Origin: an uncultured Acidobacteriota bacterium
GTDB lineage: Bacteria; Acidobacteriota; UBA6911
Direction: 5' to 3'
Length of the DNA: 64,000 nucleotides
Assembly (NCBI GenBank): GCA_963827655.1
Contig: CAWHCF010000002.1
Location: 96,001 to 160,000 of the forward strand
Below, piece by piece: positions 51,794 through 63,910 of this stretch. The translations under genes and the position numbers were made by a program. The notes beneath the pieces are model-generated. The model was not told where the DNA came from. It made no database searches and saw nothing but the letters and a program-made list of their open reading frames with translations. The number at the start of each line of letters is the position of its first letter. The first letter of the stretch is position 1.

Positions 51794-54700
51794 ATGATTG
51801 TATCGCGGATCTTGTGGCAGATAAGCCCTCGAGTTTGCTGGTGCTCTTCTTTGTCGGACCTTCCTCTCTGGAAGCCCAGCAAGGCCGCGGCACTATTTCC
51901 GGGACAGTCAGCGACCCCAGCGGCGCCGCGGTGCCCGACGCCAGCGTCACGATTACCAATATCAGGACTAACGCCGTTTTTACCACCCAGACCAACCAGG
52001 AAGGCCTCTACACGGCGCCCGGGCTGGCCGTGGGCGATTACATCGTCAGCGCGGAACGGCAGGGGTTCAAGAGGGCGGTCCGCAAGGGAGTTACACTCCA
52101 GGTGGACCAGAAGGCCCACGTCAATCTAACGATGGATGTTGGCGGGATAGCCGACACGGTCGAGGTGGTTGTGCAAACGCCGCTCGTGGATGCAGGCGGC
52201 GCAACGCTCGGGGCCGTGATCGAGAATCGCCGCGTGAGCGACCTGCCGCTCAACGGCCGCAACGCGCTGTCGCTGACGTTGTTGAACTCAGGCGTAATCT
52301 CCAACGCGGGTCCGACCAACTCCGGTTTCGGAGACCGCGGCGTTCAGATCTCCTCCCTGAGTATCAACGGAAGCCCGAACTCGATGAACTCCCAGATGCT
52401 CGACGGCAACAACAACGTTTTGAGTTATGTGGGTGAAGTGGGAGTGCCGCCCGCCGTGGACGCCGTGGAAGAGTTCAAAGTCCAGAGCGGCACCATGTCG
52501 GCCGAGTTCGGCTTTACCGCGGGAGGAACCATCAACCTGGTGACCAAGTCGGGCAGCAATCAGTTTCACGGCACGCTGTACGAGTTCCTCCGCAACGACA
52601 AGTTCGATGCGCGCAATGCCTTCGCGCAGCGCCGGCTGCCGCTGCGCTATAACCAGTTCGGCGGGTCGATCGGGGGTCCCGTGATCAAGAATCGGACCTT
52701 CGCCTTCTTCAACTGGGAAGAGTACATCCTGCGCAGCAGCGCTCCGCGCATCACGAGCGTGCCGCTGCCGGAGTGGAAAAACGGCGACTTCAGCCGGCTG
52801 GCAACGGCCGCCGGGGTTCCCATCCCGATTTACGATCCCAGCACAACTCGCCCTAACCCGGCCGGCCAGGGTCAGGTGCGCGACCCGTTCCCGGGCAATA
52901 GTATTCCGGCGAATCGCTTCGATCCGATCACACGGAAGATTCTCGACTTCTGGCCCGCACCCAACCGCGCCCCTTCCAACCCTTTCACCTTCAGTCAGAA
53001 CTTCGAAGACAGCGCGCTCACGAAGACGGACTGGACCCAGGCGAATATCCGCGTCGACCACAGTTTCAACCAGAAGAACTCGATCTTCTTTCGTTATACG
53101 CACGCCCGGCACCAGACGGCCGGCAACAGCATCTTTACCGATCCGACCGTCGGCCAGAACCGCGAGGACGATCAGATCAACCGCAATGTGATGTTGTCGG
53201 ACTCCCACATCTTCTCGCCGACCCTCATCAACAACCTGCGCGTGGGCGCCATGCGGCAGTCGTTTGACTTTCGCGCCATCAACGCCGGCAAGGACTGGCC
53301 GCGCAAGCTGGGCTTGCCGGAGATCGTCCCGCCGGACCAGTTTCCGCAGATCGATTTCGGCTTCGGCATCATCGGGGGCCAGGCGTTCGGCGCCCGCGGG
53401 TCGCTGAACTGGGACATCCAGGACCTGGTCACCAAGATCACCGGGAATCACACGCTGAGGATCGGGTACAACCATCGCATTCTCCAGGGCTCGAACCGCC
53501 AGGGCGCGGCGCTGTCAGGTGACTACAGCTTCGCTGGCCTGACCAGCAACCCGCAAACCCCGGCCGGCACCGGTTCAAACCTGGCGCAGTTTCTGTTGGG
53601 TGAGGTAAGCAGCTCGTTCATTGACCGCATCCTGGGAAACTCCTGGCATGGCGTCGCCATCAGCGCATTCCTTCAGGATGACTGGCAAGTATCCCGGCGG
53701 CTCACACTGAATCTCGGGCTGCGCTGGGACTGGCAGCAGAAGCCCTACGAACGTCATGACGGCCATATCAACTTCGATCCCAACGGCCAGGTCCCCGGGC
53801 AGCCTTTCCGGGGTACCACGGTATATGCGGGCGTTGACGGCCAGCCGCGCACCTTCCTGGAAGAGGACTGGAACGACTTCGGCCCGCGCTTCGGCGTTGC
53901 CTTCGATCTGTTCGGCAATGGCAAGACGGTTTTCCGCGCGGGATACGGCATTTTCTATCCGTCGATCTTTTTCCGCACCTTCCTGGGCAACACGCAGTTG
54001 TTCTCCAACACCACCACCACCTACGTGGCCCAGGGCGCGGGACAGCGCGCCTTCCGCTTCCAGGATGCGTTTCCGACCCGACCGCTGGAGTCACCCGGCT
54101 CGTCGGCGGGTCCGCTGGCACTGCTGGGCCAAACGGTGTCGCTCACTGAGAGCGACGGCACGACGCCTTTGACACAGCAATGGAACGTCAGTCTCCAGCA
54201 AGAGCTCGGCAACTGGCTCCTCGAGGTCACGTACGCAGCCAACAAGGGGAACAGCTTCGCCGCCAACAACTACAACCTGAATCAAGTCGACCCCGCCCTG
54301 CGCCTGCAGCTGGGACAGGCGCTGTTCACGCCGGTACCCAACCCGTACGCGGGCCAGGTGCCCGGCGGACTGGGCGCCGCGACCACTACGCCCGAACGGT
54401 TGCTGATGGCTTTCCCCTATTACAACGCCGTCAATGTGCGTAATCCGCGCCTGGGCAACTACCTCTCGCACCAGTTGCAGGTGAACATGCGCAAACGCAT
54501 GTACGACGGCTTTCTGCTCGACTTCGCCTACACCAACGGCAAGAAGATCAGTGACTCGAACCTCATCCCGGTGGATTTCGGTCCCATCGAACAAGTGACC
54601 CAGAACGAGTTTCAGAATGGACTCTACAACCGCCAGTCAAACCGCTCTCTGGACCCGGGGGACGTCGCCCAGCGACTGGTGACGAGCGCGCTCTACGAGC

Positions 54701-55218
54701 TGCCGTTCGGGCGCGGCAAGAGGTGGAACCCGGCCAACGGCGCGCTTAGCCGGATCGCGAGCGGCTGGCAGATCAATCTGATCGGTGTGATGCAAGGGGG
54801 CATTCCCCTCACGGTGCGCGGCGCCAACAACTTCCAGGCTGACCGGCCGAATTCCACCGGCCAGAGTGCCAGCCTGCCGGGCGATCAGCGCTCCGCGCAG
54901 CGCTGGTTCGACACGACCCAGTTCGTGAATCCTCCGGACTTCACTTTCGGCAATGTCAGCCGCACCATTCCCGATGTGCGCCATCCTGGCGCGATCAACT
55001 TCGACGTGTCGGTCATCAAGGACACGCAGATCACCGAGCGATTACGGCTGCAATTTCGCGCGGAAGCGTTTAACGTGCCCAACCACGTGAATCTCGGATT
55101 GGTGGACGATACCTTCGGCGCCGGCCCCGATGGGAGGAATTCCCGTGCCCAGTTCGGCACCATCACTTCAGCCCGGGACGCTCGCATTCTGCAATTTGGC
55201 TTGAAGCTGATTTTTTGA
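51794..55218 (+). CDS. TonB-dependent receptor, Oar-like; probable frameshift in the signal peptide near 51825
   Basis: GGAGG RBS before ATG 51794; GTISGTVSDPSGA, LPLNGRN, EFKVQ, LYEFLRND, terminal QFGLKLIF. Confidence 0.9.
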
Positions 55219-55285
55219 GGAAACAAATACCGCCAGGACACGAAGACACGAAGAACCTGATGCTTTTCAATTGGAGGCTGTGAAT

Positions 55286-56274
55286 ATGAAATATTTTCGG
55301 GCGCTGATGCCGATCGGCTTGATCGTTGTGCTCGGCTTTGTCTGGCTTGTCACCTCAAGGCAGGAGACCCAGGCGACTCCAGGAGATGTGAAGCTGATCG
55401 TCCCTGGGGTGTGGTTCCGCGAAGGCGAGCTCCTCGACAAGGGCCATTGCAACAACATCTGGATCGAAATGAAGGACTACCTGATTGTCGTGGATGCCAA
55501 TTTCCCGAGCGGAGCCGAGGCTTGCCTGGCCGATATCAAGAAGACCTCCCAGAAACCTGTGAAGTACGTGTTTGACACGCACCATCACGGCGACCACGCC
55601 TACGGAAACCCTGTCTGGACAAAGTTGGGAGCCACTACGCTGGCTACGGCAGGTGTTGCCGAAGAAATGAAGCGCTATGAGCCGAAGCGCTGGCTGGACA
55701 CAGCCAAACAGCGGAAAGATGTGGGCTGCTTTGAATCTTCCGACGGCTGAACCTCCCAAACAAACTTTCAAGGAGAACAAGTTCGTGCTGGACGATGGCT
55801 CTCGCAAGGTCGAGTTTCATTTCCTGGGGTGGGCGCACACTCGGGGCGATGGCTTTGTCTATCTACCCAAGGAAAAAATCATCTGCACCGGAGATGCCGT
55901 GGTTAACGGTCCTTACAATTTCATGGGGGACGGCAATTCCGCCAACTGGCCCAAGGTCATCGAGAAGGCTCTTCGATTCGATGTGACCACCGTCCTGCCG
56001 GGACATGGTGTCCCGGGGACAAAGGACGTGATGAAGGGGCAAGCGCAGTTTTTTGTGGAATTGCGCAAGGCTGTCGGCGATGCCATCAAGTCCGGCAAGA
56101 AGGTGGAAGATCTGGTAACCAAACAGGGGGATAAGGTAACCGGCACCAACCTCAAGCTTCCTGATTCGGTAAAGAATTGGGTAGATACTGAACGGATGGG
56201 TCGGACAGGTGGAAGTTGTGTACAAGGAAATCACCATGGGAAAACCTCATGGTGAAATCCAGGGCGGGAAATAG
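55286..56274 (+). CDS. Exported MBL-fold metallohydrolase; frameshifts near 55725 and 56200
   Basis: THHHGDH, AHTRGD, TGD, PGHG motifs across two ORFs. Confidence 0.82.
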
Positions 56275-56547
56275 CTACGGAAGGCTTTGTCAGAAGCTAA
56301 CGCCCTTCGCCAACTGATAGCTGACCGCTGATAGCTCAGCGCGGCCAGGCGTTCTTGATCATTTGTTGGTTGCGGCCTTCCGGGCCGCGCTGTGTCTTCG
56401 CGGTTAACGCTGCGGTTGCCGCCTGATATAATGCCAATTCGGCGGAAGCGGAGGAGCTGGAGTTGGTTTCGCCGCCGTATCCTTAAAACTGCCGAGATCG
56501 AGTCAATCCTTGGACCCTCTCGGCGCGTCTATCGTGAGGGCGCGATT

Positions 56548-57513
56548 ATGTATGCCATTCGTCGATCCTGCTTTGGTCTTGTCCTGGTGACGGTTGTGGC
56601 ATCCGGGATGCCGCTTGCCTTAACGCAGACAAAAGAGACATCCAACGAGTCGCCCAGGACCACGGGCGTATCGCTGGGCGAGAAGAGAAAGATCGAGGGC
56701 ACGATTGCCGCGCGTGACGGTGACCGCATCACCGTGCGTCTGGCGGCAACCGAATCCAGCCTGGTGGTCAAGCTCAACAGCCTTTCAGAGATCAGGGAGA
56801 AGAAAAGCAATCCCTTCCGCAAGGCGCAGCGTTACCATGCCGGACAGCTGGTGCCTGGCTTGTCGGTCGAAGTGGAGGGTCGCGGCGACAGCGATGGCAC
56901 TCTCGTGGCGGACAAGGTCCGGTTCACCAACGATGATTTCCTGATGGCTCGGACCGTGGATACGCGAGTTGCGCCGGTCGAGGAGAATTCGCGCAGGATG
57001 TCGGGCCAGATCGCGGAACTGGAAGAGATTTCCAACGCCGCCAGGGGGGGCGCCAAGGCAGCGCAGGATACTGCCGACAAAGCCCATGAGCGCATCACGT
57101 CACTCGATGACTACGAACCGGTCCACAATGTCACCATCCGATTCAAAGTGGGGAGCTCCCTTCTCTCGACCGAAGCCAGACGGTACCTCGATGACGTAGC
57201 CCGTGAGGCCAAGAACCATAAGGGCTTTGTCATCGAAGTTGCAGGTTTCGCCTCTTCTGAAGGCGATCAATCTCTTAACCGCCGTCTGAGCCGTCAAAGG
57301 GCTCAGGCTGCGGCGGAGTACCTGGCGGAACAGCATGACATTTCGTTGCGCAGAATCATGATTCCTACCGGTTACGGAGTGTCGCGCCCCGTGGCAGACA
57401 ACTCCACCCGTACGGGGCGGCAGGAAAATCGGCGCGCCGAAGTGACGGTCCTCGTAAGCCGCGGGATGATCACGCAGGCGAGCGGAGTCCAGCCGCCTGT
57501 CGACAATCGATAG
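56548..57513 (+). CDS. OmpA-family protein with N-terminal DUF5666-like domain
   Basis: Signal peptide; IRFKVGSS, NRRLSRQRA, GYGVSRPVADN, NRRAEV. Confidence 0.88.
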   Translation: MYAIRRSCFGLVLVTVVASGMPLALTQTKETSNESPRTTGVSLGEKRKIEGTIAARDGDRITVRLAATESSLVVKLNSLSEIREKKSNPFRKAQRYHAGQLVPGLSVEVEGRGDSDGTLVADKVRFTNDDFLMARTVDTRVAPVEENSRRMSGQIAELEEISNAARGGAKAAQDTADKAHERITSLDDYEPVHNVTIRFKVGSSLLSTEARRYLDDVAREAKNHKGFVIEVAGFASSEGDQSLNRRLSRQRAQAAAEYLAEQHDISLRRIMIPTGYGVSRPVADNSTRTGRQENRRAEVTVLVSRGMITQASGVQPPVDNR

Positions 57514-57573
57514 GACCGCTGAGAAGGCTTTGGTGACTTGTAGCCGCCGGCGCAGCAACCTTCCCAGACTAAG

Positions 57574-57842
57574 GCGGTAGCAAGTTTCGCCCCGGAGGGG
57601 CGACGGAAATTAGCCCCGGGCAAGCGAAGCGCAGCCCGGGGTTTCGGGGTTTATAGTCTATGCGCCCTGAAGGGGGCGCAGGAGCATTGAGCGGCAGCAC
57701 CCAGCGCCACCTCCGGGGCGCTTTTCTTTGCTTGTGTGTGACCGGGGGCAGCGCTCCGCTTGCCCCCCGGCTAATTTCCTTCGCCCTTTCAGGGCGCGAG
57801 CTGGCGTAACCATTCAGGTTCACAGCAAGCTACCGCACTCCA
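57574..57842. repeat. Nested BIME/REP-like palindromic cluster
   Basis: cgccccggaggggcg-ggaaattagcc-ccgggcaagcg at 57588 ff mirrors cgcttgccccccggctaatttcc-cgccctttcagggcg ending ~57796; enclosed by gcggtagc...gctaccgc. Confidence 0.7.
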
Positions 57843-58250
57843 GGGGCGCGCCTTTGGCGTGCGCAAGCTTGCTCGCGAAAATCGCTGTCCACCCCGGTTC
57901 CTCAAGAACTTCTACGACCAGGCAGATTTACCTAAAAAAGCATTTCATCGAAGAAGAGAAACTAGTAAAACAGATCTGCTTGCCGGCCAAGCGTGCTCGG
58001 CGAATCCCCCCGGTGCCCGCGTCCACGACGCACAGTTCCAGTACAATCCCCCACCTTTCGACATGCGTATCGACGCACCACGCCTTCCTGGCCATGAGTC
58101 TTGGCGGGCACGGATGGCAGCAGCGATCGCCAGGAGCAGAACGTGCTCGACAGATCTCGTCCTCGGAGGCCGGTCGTATTCGCTCCATCTGTGATTCGTT
58201 CAGTTGGGCCGAGAGGTCCGGAGATACTTCTGAATTCAATGGAGGTGCGT

Positions 58251-61200
58251 ATGCGCGATATACCGTTTTGGCGATGCCAGGCTGTGACCTGCACTATCTG
58301 CAAAGATGCCAGGCGTACGAGACGCAAGCCATCGGTTGGTCTCTTTTTCGTGCTGACCGCCGTGAGCCTTCAGCCGCTTTGGGCGCAGAGAGACACCGGA
58401 ACCATCCGCGGCACTGCAACGGACTCTACCGGCGCGGTGATCCCCCAGGTACAGGTGACAATCACCGACGAGCGGACCAATGTTGTGGCCTTCACCACAG
58501 AAACCGACGAGGCTGGGCGCTACGTCGCGCCCGCGCTCAAGGCCAGCGCCTACCTGGTGAGCGCTGAGATCAGCGGATTCAAGAAAGCGATTCGCCGCGG
58601 TGTGATTCTCGACGTGAACCAGGTGGCGATCGTGGACATCGCGCTCGATATCGGAGAAGTTTCCGAGGTTCTGGAGGTCAGCGGCGCGGCGCCCTTGATG
58701 CGCACCGAATCCGCTGAGTTGGGAGACGTCGTCGAGCAGCGCCGCGTGGTCGAGCTGCCGCTCAACGGCCGCTTCTTCGTCAATCTGGTTGCCCTGACTA
58801 CCGGCGTCAATCCGCCGGCTGCCGTGCAGAACCCGAATAACAACGTATTCCTCGGCGCCCGGGCCGGCCAGCCGGGCGTGCAGGTCAACGGGCAGCGTCC
58901 GGGCAGCAACAACTATACTGTGGACGGGATCGATAATGCGGAAAGCACCGTGGGTAACATCGTTCTCTATCCGCCCATCGACGCCATTCAGGAATTCAAA
59001 GTTCAGACCAGCAACCAGGAAGCCGAGTTCGGCAAGAATCCCGGAGCCACCATCAACGTCGTCATCCGCGGCGGCACCAATGATCTGCACGGCAACGTAT
59101 ACGAGTTTCTGCGCAACGACCGCCTGGACGCCCGTAACTTCTTCGACCGACCCGACTCGGCCAAGCCTCCATTCCGGCTGAATCAATACGGCGCGACACT
59201 GGGCGGTCCCTTGGTCAAAAACAGAAGTTTCGCTTTCGGTTATTACGAGGGGTACAAGATCCGCCAGGCGCAGACACTGGTTCGCACGGTGGCCACGCCG
59301 CTGATGCGCACCGGAAATCTCTCCGAACTGGGGCGGCCGATCTACGACCCTCTGACCTATGACGCATCGACCAACCTGCGGCAACGCTTTCCGGGAGATA
59401 CAATACCGGAGAGCCGGCTGAATCCGGTGTCCCTGAGACTCCTCGAGATGCAATCTCCGCTGCCGAACCGGCCGGGCATCGGGGGTAATTTCGTCTGGAA
59501 TCCCAAGCGCATCTCCGACAGCAATTCGTTCGGCACCCGCGTCGATCATCAGTTCAGCAGCAAGGACAACGTGTTCGGCCGTTTCATGTTTCAAAATTTC
59601 ACTCTCGATGATCCGGGCGTGTTGACCCTGCCCATCCTGCCCAATCGTTACATCGGCAACACGAAACCGATCGAGGCCGCGCACGAAATCCTGAACGTGC
59701 GGGGACTGGCCCTGGGCTGGAACCGCACCTTCAGCCCGCGAGTCGTGAGCGAATTCCGCGCCGGCTTCACGCGTGAGAGAGTTGACTTCCCCAACCCGCT
59801 GCAGGACACCAAGGCTGCCGAGGCCGTGGGCATCCCCAACGTCAACAACCCGGCCGTTTCTTATTCTGGAGGGCTTCCCACTTTCGGCATCGGGGGCTTC
59901 ACCGGGCTGGGAGAGAGCCAGATCCAGCCGTTCATCGTCGTGGACAACAACTTCCAGTACACCGAGCACCTGACCTGGCTGAAGGGCAACCATAACATCC
60001 GGTTGGGCGGGAATGTGATCCGCAGGCAATATAACTTTTACCAGGTGCTTGGCCAGCGGGGGAATTTCAACTTCGATGGCAGCTTTACCAGCCAGCTTGG
60101 TGTGGGCGGCTCCGGAAGCGGGCTGGGCGACTTCCTTCTCGGCTTCCCGCTGAACAGCACGCTCTCGGTCATCAACAACCCGGTCGGACAGCGCCAGATC
60201 GAGATGGGCATTTACATCCACGACACCTGGAAAGCCGCGTCAAACCTCACCCTGGCGCTGGGCCTGCGCTACGAGCTCTTCACGCCGCGAGTGGAGGTCG
60301 CCGATCGTCAGGCGAATTTCGACCCGACTTACCCGGGAGGCGCCGTGGTGGTCGCTTCAGATTCGGCGCCCTGCGGCCGGGCGCTCCGCTGCCTGGATGG
60401 CGGGAATCTCGCGCCGCGCTTCGGCTTCGCTTACCAGATTGCGAAAAACATGGTGATTCGCGGCGGCTACGGCATCTCCTACGATGATTATGCCGTGCAC
60501 GCCTTCGGCGGCATCACCACGGGGTTGATGATCAACCCGCCGTTCTGGCGGGGCCAGGCAATTATCAACGCTATTACCACGCCTACCAACCGGCTGGAGG
60601 ACGGCGTTCCTCCGGTGGTCTCTGTGCCTGTGAGCGACGGGCGTGTGGTTCCGGTACCCGGACTGCTTTACCAGACTAAATATCAGGACCCTCATGGCAA
60701 GAATTCCTACGTGCAGCAGTGGAACCTGACGATGGAACACGAACTGTTCACCGACCTGCTGACGACCATCTCTTACGTGGGCAACAAGGGTACCCGGAAC
60801 ATGTACACCTCCAACATCAACCAGGCCTACCCTGGGCCCGGCGCCGTGGCGGCGCGGCGCCCGTTCCCGGCCTGGCCCGACATCACCACGATGTTCATGG
60901 ACGGGCTCTCCAACTACAACAGCCTCCAGGCCAAGCTGCAAAAGCGGTTCTCGCGCGGAGTCAGTTTTCTGACCGGCTACACCTGGTCGAAGAGCATCGA
61001 CAACGCCAAGGGGGAGGCAGGGGCTCCCATGATCGTCCGCAATCTCAAGGCGGACCGCGCGCGATCGGATTGGGACATCAATCACCGCTTCATTTTCAGC
61101 GGGACTTTGGAGATGCCGTTCGGTCCGGGCAAGCCGATCGGTCGTGACGTCACAGGCGTGGTGCGTAAGATGATCGAGGGCTGGATGGTGAACCCGATCA

Positions 61201-61634
61201 TCGTGATGCAGACCGGCCTGCCGTTTACTCCCGCGCTGGTGGCATCGGTGGCCAATACCGGTACCTTCAGCCGGCCGGACCGGATTGCAAGCGGCAAGCT
61301 TGAAACGCGGACTGTCGATCGCTGGTTTGACCCCACGGCCTTCACCACGCCGGCTCTTTTCACTTTCGGCAACAGCGGGCGGAACATTCTCACCGGTCCG
61401 GGCACTCGTCAGGTCGACGTCAGCTTCCTGAAAACAACTTCGTTCTCTGCCGACGGCGCCCGGTCTTTACAGTTCCGCGCGGAATTCTTCAACCTGTTCA
61501 ACACGCCGCAGTTCAATAACCCGGACGTGAATATCGGTTCGCCGAACGCGGGACGGATTCTGGGCGCGGGAGATCCAGCGAACTTCACTCGCACCTCGCG
61601 CCAGATTCAACTTGGATTGAAGCTTTACTTCTAG
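58251..61634 (+). CDS. TonB-dependent receptor, Oar-like
   Basis: GGAGG RBS; GTIRGTATDSTGA, LPLNGR, EFKVQ, YEFLRND, terminal QLGLKLYF. Confidence 0.92.
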   Translation: MRDIPFWRCQAVTCTICKDARRTRRKPSVGLFFVLTAVSLQPLWAQRDTGTIRGTATDSTGAVIPQVQVTITDERTNVVAFTTETDEAGRYVAPALKASAYLVSAEISGFKKAIRRGVILDVNQVAIVDIALDIGEVSEVLEVSGAAPLMRTESAELGDVVEQRRVVELPLNGRFFVNLVALTTGVNPPAAVQNPNNNVFLGARAGQPGVQVNGQRPGSNNYTVDGIDNAESTVGNIVLYPPIDAIQEFKVQTSNQEAEFGKNPGATINVVIRGGTNDLHGNVYEFLRNDRLDARNFFDRPDSAKPPFRLNQYGATLGGPLVKNRSFAFGYYEGYKIRQAQTLVRTVATPLMRTGNLSELGRPIYDPLTYDASTNLRQRFPGDTIPESRLNPVSLRLLEMQSPLPNRPGIGGNFVWNPKRISDSNSFGTRVDHQFSSKDNVFGRFMFQNFTLDDPGVLTLPILPNRYIGNTKPIEAAHEILNVRGLALGWNRTFSPRVVSEFRAGFTRERVDFPNPLQDTKAAEAVGIPNVNNPAVSYSGGLPTFGIGGFTGLGESQIQPFIVVDNNFQYTEHLTWLKGNHNIRLGGNVIRRQYNFYQVLGQRGNFNFDGSFTSQLGVGGSGSGLGDFLLGFPLNSTLSVINNPVGQRQIEMGIYIHDTWKAASNLTLALGLRYELFTPRVEVADRQANFDPTYPGGAVVVASDSAPCGRALRCLDGGNLAPRFGFAYQIAKNMVIRGGYGISYDDYAVHAFGGITTGLMINPPFWRGQAIINAITTPTNRLEDGVPPVVSVPVSDGRVVPVPGLLYQTKYQDPHGKNSYVQQWNLTMEHELFTDLLTTISYVGNKGTRNMYTSNINQAYPGPGAVAARRPFPAWPDITTMFMDGLSNYNSLQAKLQKRFSRGVSFLTGYTWSKSIDNAKGEAGAPMIVRNLKADRARSDWDINHRFIFSGTLEMPFGPGKPIGRDVTGVVRKMIEGWMVNPIIVMQTGLPFTPALVASVANTGTFSRPDRIASGKLETRTVDRWFDPTAFTTPALFTFGNSGRNILTGPGTRQVDVSFLKTTSFSADGARSLQFRAEFFNLFNTPQFNNPDVNIGSPNAGRILGAGDPANFTRTSRQIQLGLKLYF

Positions 61635-61744
61635 TCCTGGCGTTTCTTCGAGTGTTCGTATGTTAGAGTTGGTCTTGTTTCGCGGCACTAACCACGAAGA
61701 CTCGAAGACACGAAGAAATCACCTGAAGGAAGTCGAAGGGCGAA

Positions 61745-63368
61745 ATGGTAACTCCCGGCACAGAGAAAACTTCGGCTCACGGCGCCGGTTCGCCGACTTC
61801 CAGGCGGCAGTTCCTCACAACCACGCTGGCTGGAGCGGGCGTCCTCGCCGTGCGTCCGCAAGGGGAACCGAACTGGAATCCTGGCATTGTCCGTCACCTG
61901 CTCCCGGCAGTCAGCCACAACCGGTTGCGGCTGAAGGCCGGTTTTGACCGGCCCTTGACCGCAGTCCCGTTGTTACGCGCAGGCTCGCGGTCGGCGCCCG
62001 GCGTTCGCACCGATACCGCAGGGGAGTTCTATTCGTTTGACATCGCCGGTCTGGAGCCGGAGCGCAGGTATAGTCTGGAGCTTGCTGGACTCGCGCGGCA
62101 AACCGCTGTGCGACCCGTGGCCGATCTCGAGTTTTCCCAGCCCCGAAGCGCAACCGAAGCGATTCCGGCTGCTGGTTTATACCTGCGCCGGCGGTCATCC
62201 AGCCACGGTCAACCCCGATACGGGTCACCCGTACTGGGTGTCGATCACCAATCGGCGAAAGATGCTGTTGACGGGGCTTTCGTACCAACCCGATGCGGTG
62301 ATCGCAATCGGCGACCACGTCTACTGGGACTTGCGTTCCCCGGTAGGTTCGACCAATCTCGGCAATTCGCCCGTCGCGCGCAAGCTGGTGGGCGAGTTCG
62401 CCCGCTCCGAACCGATCCTCGGAACAGATAATGAACGAAAGCTGAAACTTGTCGTCACTCCTCAGTTACGCGATCTCTACGGCACGATCTTCCGTTCCAT
62501 GCCGGTCTTCTTCGTCCAGGATGATCACGATTACTTCGAGAACGATGAGGCAACCGAGGCGATGGTCACCTTCCCGCCGGACGATTTCATGCTTCGGCTG
62601 GCCCGCGCGACCCAGGGGCTCTACTACCCCGAGTTTCTGCCCGACTCCGGCCGGCCGCGGGGATTGCCCGGCAGCGGCGATGTATCGGAATCTTACGGGA
62701 CGCTGCGCTACGGCAAGCTGATTGAAGTAATGATGTACGACTGCCGGCGCTGCCTGACGCTGAAGGGACCGGCCGCCGGATTTCTCCCCGACACGGTGGA
62801 GGCCTGGCTTCTGAGGCGAATGGCCGCGCTGGAGACGCACCACATTGTCAATCTGCCCTCGACTCCCGTGGGCTGGAGTGCCGGAAAGTGGGGCGAATGG
62901 TATCCGGATCTGCTGCAGCCTGACGGCAAGCTCGGTACCGTCAAGCCGAAGTACTTCTGGCAGCCGGGGTGGAAGTCACAACACGATCGTCTGCTCAGCG
63001 CGGCGTCGGCGATGACGCGAATTCCGCTGTTCCTGAGCGGCGATCTCCATGCTCTGGCGGAAGGCAAGATTCGGCGCTACGGCCAGCTCGACTTCAGCCG
63101 CAATCCGGTCGTCTCGGTATTGACCGGCCCTATCAGCACCGGCCCGAAAGCCTGGCCTTCGGCCTGGCGCGGGACGGCACCCCAGACTCCGACCGGACTC
63201 GAGAACGAAGAAGGACTGCAGCCGCTCGAAAAGAACGGATTCTCCATCATCGACTTCACCGAGGATCGGATCGAAGGACAGTTCTTCAGTTGGAAAATGG
63301 GCGAACCTGAGGAGCGGCTGGACAACCTGAAACCCTTTCACCGTTTTACGCTGGAGCGTCGGCTGTGA
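61745..63368 (+). CDS. Tat-exported PhoD-like metallophosphoesterase; frameshift near 62082
   Basis: SRRQFL leader; IGDHVYWD, DDHDYFEND, SGDLH. Confidence 0.72.
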
Positions 63369-63435
63369 GAAGGTGTAAGCAAATCCTCAAACCCACCGTG
63401 TGTAGGGTGGTTTCGCGATTTCGCGGCCGCGGCCT

Positions 63436-63537
63436 TGGAGTGCGGTAGCATTGCTACCGCCTTATTTATGGCGAAGCTTGCTTCGCCGTGCGCGAACGAC
63501 TGCGTAAGCCGGACGGGCTTGATAGCCCGTCCGCACA
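63436..63537. repeat. REP-like hairpin cluster
   Basis: gcggtagcattgctaccgc; ggcgaagcttgcttcgcc (also at ~3048-3065); ggacgggcttgatagcccgtcc. Confidence 0.65.
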
Positions 63538-63910
63538 GGTCTCGGAAGGTTTTGCGGCGGTCTCTGAAGACCGTGCCACACAAGCAAAAAGGCCTCTCGG
63601 TCAATCGAGGGCCCGTTCGCTGATTCCCTCCCGCAGTTCGCTCTTTCGCGGAATGATTGCCGGATCTATGATGGAACTTCCTCGCCCCTGACAAGGCTGG
63701 CGGAAACGACATAACCGGCGAGCTCTCCCGCCGCCTGATCTCGCTACAAGGACGAACATGTCGGTCACGGTGGCGCGATGGCGAACTCATGCGAGGATCC
63801 GTTCGATAGCAATGCCTCGGGAAAGAAGCTCCCGATGATCTCTGTGGTTCGCGGCCGGCAGGTTCTCTGACGGTAACACCGGCGGAAATGTCAAACCAGC
63901 AATGACACTC

